Below, piece after piece: positions 32,195 through 40,429 of a stretch of DNA of 41,675 nucleotides. Both the position numbers and the translations under genes were made by a program. The stretch is from a virus (lineage: Duplodnaviria; Caudoviricetes). The stretch is taken from the IMG/VR virus record IMGVR_UViG_3300037047_000122, positions 1 through 41,675 of that record, one strand, 5' to 3'. Each line of letters begins with the position of its first letter. Position 1 is the stretch's first letter. Below the pieces are notes generated by a model. The model was not told where the DNA came from and made no database searches. It saw only the letters and a list, made by a program, of their open reading frames with translations.

Positions 32195-32749
32195 ATGAAG
32201 CGTGAGGATTTGATCAAACTCGGTATTGACGAAGCTCTGGTCGACAAGATCATGGCGCTGCATGGGTCGGACGTCGAAGGTCACAAGGCGAAACTGACCA
32301 CGGCGCAGACTGAAATCGAAGGTCTGAAAACTCAACTGACTGAGGCAGGCACCACCATTGAAGGCTTCAAAAAGCTGGACGTGGATGGTATCAAAGCCGC
32401 GGCAGATGAGTGGAAGCTCAAGGCTGAGACTGCGACCAGCGAAGCCGCGAAGCAGCTCGCCCAGGTTAAGTTCGATCACGCCCTGGACGGCGCCCTGACC
32501 GGGGCCAAAGCACGCAACGCGAAGGCCGTCAAGGCCCTGCTGAGCACCGACATCCTGAAACTTGCTGAAGATGGCTCTATCCAGGGCCTCAAAGAGCAGC
32601 TGGAAAAGATCAAGTCTGAAAATGAATTCCTGTTCGACGGCGATGTGGCCGATCCGAAGATCGTTGCCCACACTAACAACAAAACCGTGATTACCGATTC
32701 GGTGATCCAGGCCGCTCGGAAGGCGGCAGGATTGCCCACTGGAGAATAA
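32195..32749 (+). CDS. Scaffolding protein (Phage GP20 family)
   Basis: MKREDLIKLG..IMALHG, AKARNAKAVKALL, GLKEQLEKIK..EFLF. Confidence 0.88.
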   Translation: MKREDLIKLGIDEALVDKIMALHGSDVEGHKAKLTTAQTEIEGLKTQLTEAGTTIEGFKKLDVDGIKAAADEWKLKAETATSEAAKQLAQVKFDHALDGALTGAKARNAKAVKALLSTDILKLAEDGSIQGLKEQLEKIKSENEFLFDGDVADPKIVAHTNNKTVITDSVIQAARKAAGLPTGE

Positions 32750-32752
32750 GAA

Positions 32753-33646
32753 ATGGCAAACTCGATTGCTCTGGCAAGCAAATTCCAGCCCATCCTGGAT
32801 GAAATCTACAAAAGTTCGAGCGTGACCGCTCGCATGGATGCCCCAACCAAGCCGGTTGATTTTGGCGGCGTGAATGCAGTCAACATCTTCAAAACCTCAA
32901 TGGTCGGCATGGGCACGTACAGCCGTGCTACCGGGTACCCGGGCGGCGATGTGACCGGCACCTGGGAAACGCTGACCCTGGCCGCTTCCCGCGGTCGTGC
33001 TTTCTCGATTGACCGCATGGACAACGAAGAGACCCTGGGGCAGGCGTTCGGCACTCTGGCGGGCCAGTTCATCCGCACGCAGGTAACTCCTGAAGTGGAC
33101 GCGTATCGGTTCAGCAAATACGCCAGTTGGAGCGGTATCACTGAGGTCGGATCGCCGACCACCCTGGCTGCGAATACCGTTCTGGCCGCGATCGATGCCG
33201 GCCGCGGCGTGCTGCGCGCCGCTGAAGTGCCGATGGAGGGCGTCAAGCTCTATGTGTCTGACACCATCATGGGCTTCATCGAAGGCGCTGTATCTCGCAC
33301 CCTGGCGAACGAAAACGGCGTTGATCGGCGCGTGCTGACCCTGGACGGTATGGAAGTCATCATGGTTCCTCAGACTCGCTTCTACAAGGGAATTACCCTG
33401 GATGCGGGCGGATCTTCCAGCGCAGGCGGGTTCACCAAGACCGGCTCCACTGGACGTGATATCAACTTCCTGTTGATTGACCCCGCCGCAGTTTTGCAGG
33501 CGACCAAGTTGGCACAGCTGAAGATTTTCTCCCCGGATGAGAATCAGAGCGCTGACGCCTGGTTGATCCAGTATCGCCTGTACCATGACGCCTTTGTGTA
33601 CGACAACATGGTCAAGGGCATCTACAGCCACATCAAGGCGAGCTAA
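32753..33646 (+). CDS. Major capsid protein, 297 aa
   Basis: Follows the scaffold; FSIDRMDNEET, PEVDAYRFS, INFL and YRLYHDAFV. Confidence 0.88.
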   Translation: MANSIALASKFQPILDEIYKSSSVTARMDAPTKPVDFGGVNAVNIFKTSMVGMGTYSRATGYPGGDVTGTWETLTLAASRGRAFSIDRMDNEETLGQAFGTLAGQFIRTQVTPEVDAYRFSKYASWSGITEVGSPTTLAANTVLAAIDAGRGVLRAAEVPMEGVKLYVSDTIMGFIEGAVSRTLANENGVDRRVLTLDGMEVIMVPQTRFYKGITLDAGGSSSAGGFTKTGSTGRDINFLLIDPAAVLQATKLAQLKIFSPDENQSADAWLIQYRLYHDAFVYDNMVKGIYSHIKAS

Positions 33647-33663
33647 TTTCTCGGAATGACGAT

Positions 33664-33688
33664 GGGCGGTGTAACAGCCGCCCGTTTT
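33664..33688 (+). terminator. Hairpin/terminator after the major capsid gene
   Basis: GGGCGG/CCGCCC followed by GTTTT. Confidence 0.6.
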
Positions 33689-33702
33689 GAAAGAAGGCAA
33701 AA

Positions 33703-33867
33703 ATGGTTCTCATGGAAAGAGACGGAATTACCGTTCAGGCGCGGTCTGTGCAGGAGGAAGCCGAGTATAAGCGGCTCGGTTTTGTGAAGGTTGAGACTTC
33801 CGAACCTGCCAAGAAATTGACCGCAGCTGAGAAGAAAGCTGCTGCCGAGAAGGACGGTGAGGAATGA
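33703..33867 (+). CDS. 54-aa protein MVLMERDG...YKRLGF...KDGEE
   Basis: Hand-translated; ATGA overlap with the next gene; typical small post-capsid gene. Confidence 0.65.
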   Translation: MVLMERDGITVQARSVQEEAEYKRLGFVKVETSEPAKKLTAAEKKAAAEKDGEE

Positions 33868-34355
33868 CCCTCAAGCCTGTTCAAATTCAAGGTTGGCTGA
33901 AAGACGTTAACGACAACTTTGCCGAGTTGGGCCCGGTTGGGGTCAATGTCGGACTGGGCAGCTTGCGCGTAGCGCGGTTCGAGTTCGACGCCGGCGTTGT
34001 TGCCAATCGGTCAATAGCCGCGCACGGAACTGGCGTTACGCTGCCAATTCACGCCATCGTGGTAGGCGGGTTTGTTGATGTGAATACTGCGTTCACCTCC
34101 GCTGATACGAACACTGGGCAGATCGCGATCCACGTGCAGGCGGCGAATGACATCATTTCGGCTGCTGCGGTCTCGGGCGCACCTTACAGTACGATTGGCC
34201 GCAAGGCCATCGTTCCGAAGGCTAACACGCCTGAGAGCACCTCAGTGAAGACCACGGCGGCCCGCGAGATCACTTGTACGGTGTCCGTGGCCGCGCTCCT
34301 CACTGGCAAGCTGACCGGTTATTTGTACTACGTTGAAGGCATTGCCTCAGCGTAA
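33864..34355 (+). CDS. Probable head decoration/cement protein, 163 aa
   Basis: Beta-rich; lies between the capsid and connector genes. Confidence 0.55.
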   Translation: MTLKPVQIQGWLKDVNDNFAELGPVGVNVGLGSLRVARFEFDAGVVANRSIAAHGTGVTLPIHAIVVGGFVDVNTAFTSADTNTGQIAIHVQAANDIISAAAVSGAPYSTIGRKAIVPKANTPESTSVKTTAAREITCTVSVAALLTGKLTGYLYYVEGIASA

Positions 34356-34371
34356 CGGGAAGGACTGAGCT

Positions 34372-34776
34372 ATGGCAACCTATGTGGACTGGACAGACTA
34401 CACCGTGACGTTTTTGGGCAATGCCATAGCTCAGGCCGACTTCCCCCGGGCCGCGATGCGGGCCTCTGCGGTAATTGATGCGCTCACTTTTGACCAGGCA
34501 GCTGCTGTGATCCTTGCGGATACTGATGATGTGACCATAGACAGGATCAAAATGGCGACCTGCGCCGTGGCTGAAGAGTATCAACGGCTTGACTTGGTGA
34601 ATGGCGGCAGCGGCAAAATTGCAAGCGAAAAGGTCGGCAATCATTCAGTAACCTACGTCACGGGTGCCGATGATGCCAAGTCGCAAATGGAAACCTTGCG
34701 CGACGTGGCAAAACTCTACCTGGCGAGTACGGGGCTCATGTATGGCGGGCCGGAGATTTCAACGGAGACCGCATGA
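34372..34776 (+). CDS. Head-tail connector/adaptor
   Basis: YVDW.DY...RASAVID, KMATCAVAE, SEKVGNHSVTY and YLASTGLMYGG. Confidence 0.8.
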   Translation: MATYVDWTDYTVTFLGNAIAQADFPRAAMRASAVIDALTFDQAAAVILADTDDVTIDRIKMATCAVAEEYQRLDLVNGGSGKIASEKVGNHSVTYVTGADDAKSQMETLRDVAKLYLASTGLMYGGPEISTETA

Positions 34777-35129
34777 GGACAAATGCCGACATGACCATCT
34801 ATCATCGGGCAGTCGCTGCGGGTGTCGAAAGCTGGACCCGCACGACTGTCGTTGCCGTCATGTGGGAGGATCGCCGGGCCGCCAATGCGCGCCGCGAGTC
34901 GAACATCAAAGCCGACGATATTGCCGTTTATATTCCGATGGCGCGAGGGACGATCACCATCAAACCTGGCGATGTGATTGTGAGAGGCCTGGTAACCGAT
35001 GCGGTCTCTACTTCTTTCACCATCACGGCCTTGAAGGCCAAATACCCAAACTCGGGGACAGTGCGCAGTGTAGACCGGATGGATCAGGGTTCGGCGGCGC
35101 TCAATCACTGGCAAGTGGGTGCATCATGA
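34773..35129 (+). CDS. Head closure protein
   Basis: NADMTIY..W, VYIP, GDVIVRG and HWQVG; synteny. Confidence 0.7.
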   Translation: MRTNADMTIYHRAVAAGVESWTRTTVVAVMWEDRRAANARRESNIKADDIAVYIPMARGTITIKPGDVIVRGLVTDAVSTSFTITALKAKYPNSGTVRSVDRMDQGSAALNHWQVGAS

Positions 35130-35518
35130 CACCGATAATTGAAACACCGCGGGGATCGATCGTAATCGGTTCTAACGGAAAAGCCGAACTGAAGTGGAGC
35201 ACCACCTTTCAACCGAAATGGCAGCATCGTTATACGGATGCGCAGCGATACGTCGACAGTGAGGTGATTCGTCTAAGCGAACCCTTTACACCTATGCTCA
35301 CGGGAATGTTAATAAAGTCGGCGACACTTGGCAGCGAGATCGGTTCTGGAACCGTAAAGTGGATCGCGCCCTATGCCAGGCGGCAATTTTACGCGGCGCG
35401 CAAGCCCGGCAGCCAAACCGGGCCATTAAGAGGGCCCTTTTGGTTCCAACGGATGAAAAGTGCGCATGGTAGACAAATCCTGGAAGGCGCGCGCCGAATC
35501 GCAGGCGGCAACAAATGA
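35126..35518 (+). CDS. Neck/minor capsid protein, 130 aa
   Basis: PFTPMLTGMLIKS, APYARRQFY and GPFWFQRMK; real start is ATG 35126 (ATGA overlap). Confidence 0.75.
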   Translation: MTPIIETPRGSIVIGSNGKAELKWSTTFQPKWQHRYTDAQRYVDSEVIRLSEPFTPMLTGMLIKSATLGSEIGSGTVKWIAPYARRQFYAARKPGSQTGPLRGPFWFQRMKSAHGRQILEGARRIAGGNK

Positions 35519-35946
35519 GCATCATCGGCGATGTACGGACCTACCTGAAAACCTATAGCGGCCTCGAGAGCGGCGCGCCGGTCTGGGTCGGTTACCTGAG
35601 CCCCGCGCCTACTGAGTACGCGGTGGTGTCTATTGCAGGTGGGAAGATCATCGAAACATATTTGAATGGCGCCAGCCTGCGTGAATTTCCGTTTGCGTTT
35701 CAAAGTATGGAAAGTACGGCGGATGATCTTGAACGGCTTGAAACCCTCGGTTTTTATGAAGCATTCGCCGCATGGTTGGAATCACAAACAGAAACAGGTG
35801 TTTTACCAACGTTGACCGGAACCCCATCGAAAACGCCCGTTCTAATTGAGGCAACCAGCTGGGGATATTTGTGCCAACAGGGGCAGTCTGAGACGGGCGT
35901 CTATCAGATCGTTTGCCGATTAACTTACGACCAGGCTGCGCCATAA
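35515..35946 (+). CDS. Tail terminator protein
   Basis: Position before the tail tube; FYEAFAAWLE.Q...LP and YQIVCRLTY. Confidence 0.7.
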   Translation: MSIIGDVRTYLKTYSGLESGAPVWVGYLSPAPTEYAVVSIAGGKIIETYLNGASLREFPFAFQSMESTADDLERLETLGFYEAFAAWLESQTETGVLPTLTGTPSKTPVLIEATSWGYLCQQGQSETGVYQIVCRLTYDQAAP

Positions 35947-35959
35947 GGAGTAAAGAACA

Positions 35960-36439
35960 ATGGCTAAGATAAAAAGATCAGAAATTCAATCATTTTTGGA
36001 CACCACCCCTACCACAACGGCGACCTACGTACTGTTGGGGAATGGTGTGACTACCGGAAAAATCAGCTACAACCCGAAGACCCTGGAAGAGACCTACGTC
36101 CACCAGGACAGCGCCACAATCACGATTGAGGCTTACGCCCCCACGATGCCAGTTGAGCAAACCGCGATCACCGGCGACCCGGCCTTCGAATTCATCGACG
36201 CGCTGCGAATTGCCCGGGCGGTTCTGGACGCGGCGGAAACCCATCTGGTGAACGTTTGGATGTACGAAGCTGGCGGCCCTACTGCGTATCCCGCGGAACG
36301 GCAGGACGTGAGTATCCAGATCGATGATTTTGGCGGCGACGGCGGCGCGGCAGTCAAGATCAATTACACGATCAACTTTATCGGTGATCCGGTGCCCGGA
36401 ACCTTCAACGCATCAACAAACGTCTTCACGGCGAGCTAA
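35960..36439 (+). CDS. Major tail tube protein, short form, 159 aa
   Basis: YNPKTLEETY, YAP, FGGDGG..KINYTINF.GDP; AAGGAG RBS. Confidence 0.82.
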   Translation: MAKIKRSEIQSFLDTTPTTTATYVLLGNGVTTGKISYNPKTLEETYVHQDSATITIEAYAPTMPVEQTAITGDPAFEFIDALRIARAVLDAAETHLVNVWMYEAGGPTAYPAERQDVSIQIDDFGGDGGAAVKINYTINFIGDPVPGTFNASTNVFTAS

Positions 36440-36451
36440 AGGAGCTGACCA

Positions 36452-37216
36452 ATGGCAAAAATAAAGCGGTCGCTTGTAAAGACATTCTTAAACACTGGCA
36501 CGCCTGGCGCGCCGGTATGGGTGTTGATCGGGGACGGGGTTGTCTCTGGCAAGATCAATTACAACCCTAAAACGCTGGAAGAGACCTATATCAGTGAGGA
36601 CTCCGCCAGTATCAGTATTGACTCGTACGCTCCCAATTTGCCAATCGAGATGACGGCCAAGACCACCGACGCGGCCTTTGCGTACATCGAGGCGCTGCGG
36701 GTCAACCGGTCGGTACTCAGTGGCGCGGAGACTGAGATCGTGAATGTCTGGCTCTATAAGACACCTGCAAACGGCTATTACTATGCTGAAAAGCAGGCAG
36801 TGTCCATTCAAGTGGATGATTTTGGCGGCGACGGTGGAGCTGCGGCCAAGATCAACTATACGATCAACTTCCTGGGGGATCCGACGCTGGGCATCTTCAA
36901 GCCCGCGGCAACGGCAACTTTTGCCGCCAATCCGGTTCTGACTACCCTCACCACTTTGGTATTGGGATCTGGAACACTCTCTCCGCTGTTTGCGGCAAAC
37001 CATGCCAATCTTCTGTACACGACCTCTATTGCAGCGGCCACGGTTACGATGGCTTCCACGTTGTCAGGCGCTACGATTGTGCAGCGGGAAGGCGCCAATG
37101 TGGTCAACCAGGGCGCGGCGGCCAACCTCTCGATGGGTCTCAACCACCTCAGCGTAGAGGTTACAGTCGGCGCAGAAGTGGTCACTTATTATATCGACGC
37201 TACGAGGACGGCTTAA
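36452..37216 (+). CDS. Major tail tube paralogue with C-terminal cadherin-like beta-sandwich, 254 aa
   Basis: 90 of the first 150 residues identical to the upstream gene (hand count, ungapped); LTTL..GTLSPLF..YT...GLNHLSVEVT..TY domain. Confidence 0.82.
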   Translation: MAKIKRSLVKTFLNTGTPGAPVWVLIGDGVVSGKINYNPKTLEETYISEDSASISIDSYAPNLPIEMTAKTTDAAFAYIEALRVNRSVLSGAETEIVNVWLYKTPANGYYYAEKQAVSIQVDDFGGDGGAAAKINYTINFLGDPTLGIFKPAATATFAANPVLTTLTTLVLGSGTLSPLFAANHANLLYTTSIAAATVTMASTLSGATIVQREGANVVNQGAAANLSMGLNHLSVEVTVGAEVVTYYIDATRTA

Positions 37217-37219
37217 CCC

Positions 37220-37663
37220 ATGCAGGACAGCATCAAGATCACCCGCGGCAAGCGGATCCTCATCAATGACGGCCCCGAGTATATCGAGTTTGATCCTGGC
37301 GACGTCTTATTCGCGGAGAAGTTTTACTCCCTGATGCGAGAGTTCGAGACCCGCATGGATGAATTTAAGGTCAAATCAGCGGAGATCGACGCGAACGAAA
37401 AACTCGACGAGCACGGCTTCCCGGCCAATGCCGCCGATAAGCTGGCGCTGATGCGCGCGCTGGCCGACTTCATCCGAGATCGGATTGATTACGTCTTTGG
37501 GGTTGGCACAAGTCAAAAGGCATTCGGGGACTCATTCAGCCTTGATATGGTCTCGCAACTATTTGAAGGGCTGACCCCGTTCATTGGCGCGGCGCGTACT
37601 GAGAAGATCAACCGCTATACCAACACGGTCACCGATAAGCGCAAGCGCCATGTGCTGAAATGA
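37220..37663 (+). CDS. Tail assembly chaperone
   Basis: Acidic helical protein, IDYVFGVGTSQKAFG; synteny. Confidence 0.75.
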   Translation: MQDSIKITRGKRILINDGPEYIEFDPGDVLFAEKFYSLMREFETRMDEFKVKSAEIDANEKLDEHGFPANAADKLALMRALADFIRDRIDYVFGVGTSQKAFGDSFSLDMVSQLFEGLTPFIGAARTEKINRYTNTVTDKRKRHVLK

Positions 37664-38235
37664 ACCTGTTAGTAGACCAGCTCCCCACGGCGATCGAGAT
37701 CGACGGGCGGGAATACGCGATTGAAAGCGACTTCCGCATCGGCCTTAGGATCATGCTTGCCTTTGAGGATGACGGTCTGACCCTGGAAGAAAAGTACATG
37801 ATCATGCTGCAGAATTTGTACCAGGTGATCCCGGACAATTCGCAGCAGGCCTTCGAAGTCGGAATGCGGTTCCTAAATGGCGGCAAGGATAGCGAAACCG
37901 AAGAGGAAGGGGGTGGTCCACGTCTCTACAGCTTCGATAAAGATGCTGGTCTTATCTTCGCAGCTTTCAAGCAGACTCACAATGTAGACCTTACGGCTGA
38001 CAATCTTCACTGGTTTTCTTTCCTGGCGCTCTTCATGGATTTAGGGCAAGACACAACCTTTTGCCAACTTGTTGCCCTGCGCAAGCGCCTGAGCGACGGC
38101 ACGGCAACCAAAGAAGATCGACGGATGGCCCGCGATATGGGCGACCTGGTGGACGTGCCGCAGCCTGACGATCGGACGCCCGAGGAACGGGCGAAGGAAG
38201 AGGAATTTATGCAGCTGATCAAGGCAGGTAAATAG
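37660..38235 (+). CDS. Gp15-family tail assembly protein
   Basis: LP..IEIDG.EY.I.SDFR, YSFDKDAGLIFAAFKQ and LHWFSFLALF. Confidence 0.85.
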   Translation: MNLLVDQLPTAIEIDGREYAIESDFRIGLRIMLAFEDDGLTLEEKYMIMLQNLYQVIPDNSQQAFEVGMRFLNGGKDSETEEEGGGPRLYSFDKDAGLIFAAFKQTHNVDLTADNLHWFSFLALFMDLGQDTTFCQLVALRKRLSDGTATKEDRRMARDMGDLVDVPQPDDRTPEERAKEEEFMQLIKAGK

Positions 38236-40061
38236 TGGCCGCCGGTTACGATGGCAGCATCAAAATTGATACCCGTGTTGATACCAAAGGGTTCAACGCG
38301 GGTACTGCAAAAATGTCCGCGGCGATGAAGGGCATTGGTGGGGCTTTACTTACTGGTCTCAGCAAAACCGTGATGGTTGCTGGTGTACTACTGAGTGTCA
38401 TAAAAGCGATTGGTCTGGCATTGATCGGATTAGGGATTGCAGCAGGCCTGCTTGGGTTTCGCTTATTCAATATGTTGGCAGAGAGCATCAGCAAATCTGA
38501 TGCCTTTTATGGCACGATCACTCAGTTGCAAAGTGCGTTCAGCAACCTAAAGGGCGCATTTATGGCCGCGTTTGCGACGCTATTGCAAGCCGCTCTACCC
38601 GCAATTTTGACGGTCATCAACTGGCTGGTTCGCCTGCTCAATTGGATCTCGATGGTGATCGCTGCGCTGTCCGGGCAGTCCTCGTACATGCAGTATGTCG
38701 CTGGCAGTGCCGAATCTGCCGCCGGTTCGACTGGCAAAATGGCGAAGAACACCGAAAAGACGGCGAAGGCCGCAAAGGGCGCGCTGGCCGCGTTCGATCA
38801 AATCAACGTCCTGGCACAAAAGGAACCAGAAACGCCGGATGCAGGCGCTGCGGGTGGAGGCGGCGGCGCTGGGGGTGGTTCAATGAAGTTCAAACAGGTG
38901 CCCATTGATCCGGCTGTATTTGCATGGATCGAAAAATTCAAGGCTGACTGGTACGACTTCTGGAATGCGGTACCTAAGTTTATCGCTGGCATCTGGACCA
39001 CGATACAACAGATATGGACGATCGCAAGCCTGTGGTTTCTGGAGAAGGTTTGGAAGCCTATCAGGGAATGGGCGGTGCAAGCGTGGGAAGATATTTCGAA
39101 ATGGGCGATAGAGACATGGGAAAAAATAAAGGCTGATGCGCTGAAGTTTTCAGATTGGATGCAGCTGCTCTGGATCATTATTTCAAATTGGGTAAAAGCG
39201 CGCTGGGAAGAAATTTTACAGAAGGCGCGCGATACCTGGGCATTTATTCAACTGGCCTGGATTATTGCTTATAGCTGGTTCAAGACCAATGTGATTGATC
39301 CCATTGTCAACTGGTTCAAACAGGCATGGGAAAACATCAAACTTTGGGCGAAACAGGCATGGGAAAACATAAAGACAGTTTGGAACGTTGCTTATACGTG
39401 GTTCAAGACTACGGTTATTGATCCCGTTGTGGCTTGGTTCAAACAGGCATGGGAAGATATCAAGACTTGGGCGGACGAAGCCTGGACAAACATCAAATTG
39501 ATCTGGGGCGTCGCCATGAACTGGTTCCAAACTGAGGTGGTCGACCCCATCAAGAAGATTTTTGACGACGTTCTTCTAAAAATAAAAACTGCCTTTAAAA
39601 CCACGTTTGAGGATATCAAGACGACTATCAAGGGCATTATCAATTCGATTATTGACCTGGTAAATGGAATGATCAGAGGGGTTGTTGGAGGCATCAATGG
39701 CATGATTGGTGCCCTGAATAATATAAAAATTGACCTACCAGATTGGATGTCCGGGGTTAAGGGCGCTTCACTTAGGCTGAGTATCCCCTCGATATCCGTG
39801 CCCCAAATCCCCCGCCTGGCGACCGGCGCGGTGATCCCGGCCGGCGCGGCGTTTGCGGCAATCCTGGGCGACCAACGCAGCGGGAATAATATCGAGGCCC
39901 CCGAGGCGCTAATCCGAAAGATCGTGCGCGAGGAAGGGGCGGGAAACTTAACCATCAAGTTCGAGGGGACTATGGGCGAGTTGATTCGCGTGCTCAATCC
40001 GCATATCGTCCGGGAAAATAAGCGCGTGGGCACCAGTCTGATTTTAGGGGGTGCTGAGTGA
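38235..40061 (+). CDS. Tape measure protein, 608 aa
   Basis: GTG start; DGSIKIDT N-terminus, Trp-periodic repeats, IPRLATG...GD..EAP C-terminus. Confidence 0.88.
   Translation: MAAGYDGSIKIDTRVDTKGFNAGTAKMSAAMKGIGGALLTGLSKTVMVAGVLLSVIKAIGLALIGLGIAAGLLGFRLFNMLAESISKSDAFYGTITQLQSAFSNLKGAFMAAFATLLQAALPAILTVINWLVRLLNWISMVIAALSGQSSYMQYVAGSAESAAGSTGKMAKNTEKTAKAAKGALAAFDQINVLAQKEPETPDAGAAGGGGGAGGGSMKFKQVPIDPAVFAWIEKFKADWYDFWNAVPKFIAGIWTTIQQIWTIASLWFLEKVWKPIREWAVQAWEDISKWAIETWEKIKADALKFSDWMQLLWIIISNWVKARWEEILQKARDTWAFIQLAWIIAYSWFKTNVIDPIVNWFKQAWENIKLWAKQAWENIKTVWNVAYTWFKTTVIDPVVAWFKQAWEDIKTWADEAWTNIKLIWGVAMNWFQTEVVDPIKKIFDDVLLKIKTAFKTTFEDIKTTIKGIINSIIDLVNGMIRGVVGGINGMIGALNNIKIDLPDWMSGVKGASLRLSIPSISVPQIPRLATGAVIPAGAAFAAILGDQRSGNNIEAPEALIRKIVREEGAGNLTIKFEGTMGELIRVLNPHIVRENKRVGTSLILGGAE
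39276..39560 (+). repeat. 123-bp (41-aa) tandem repeats in the tape measure gene
   Basis: WF[KQ]T.V[IV]DP units starting at 39276, 39399 and 39522. Confidence 0.8.
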
Positions 40062-40429
40062 GCCTGATTATCGATGGAATAACCTTTGATATTCCAGTGG
40101 TTGAATTGACCCGCACGGCTGATTTTTTGGACAAGGCCGCAGAACGAACAGAGGACGGTGTCCTTCATCGCGAACTTATCGGGGTCTACTACAACTATAA
40201 ATTAAAACTTGGGGCCACCCTGGACGCTACTGAGTACGCCGCGCTGTGGGGCAAGTTGACCGAACCGGTTGAGTTTCACACCGTCATTGTGCCTGCTGAA
40301 ACTGGGCCATACACCTTTACTGCGTACTTTGCCAATGTGGGAGACGAGCTGCGCAAAGATCGAGGAGCGACCACGTTTTGGCGGTCGCTTACCGTAAATT
40401 TCATTGCTAAATCACCGGCGCGAACATGA
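40058..40429 (+). CDS. Distal tail (Dit-like) protein, 123 aa
   Basis: ERTEDGVLHRELIG.YYNY...FTAYF...LTVNFIA; directly after the TMP. Confidence 0.75.
   Translation: MSLIIDGITFDIPVVELTRTADFLDKAAERTEDGVLHRELIGVYYNYKLKLGATLDATEYAALWGKLTEPVEFHTVIVPAETGPYTFTAYFANVGDELRKDRGATTFWRSLTVNFIAKSPART

Noticed and set aside
37220-38235. Programmed -1 frameshift between the tail chaperone genes
   Set aside because: No clear XXXYYYZ slippery site near the end of the first ORF; the second has its own ATG in an ATGA overlap, as in Gp15-type modules.
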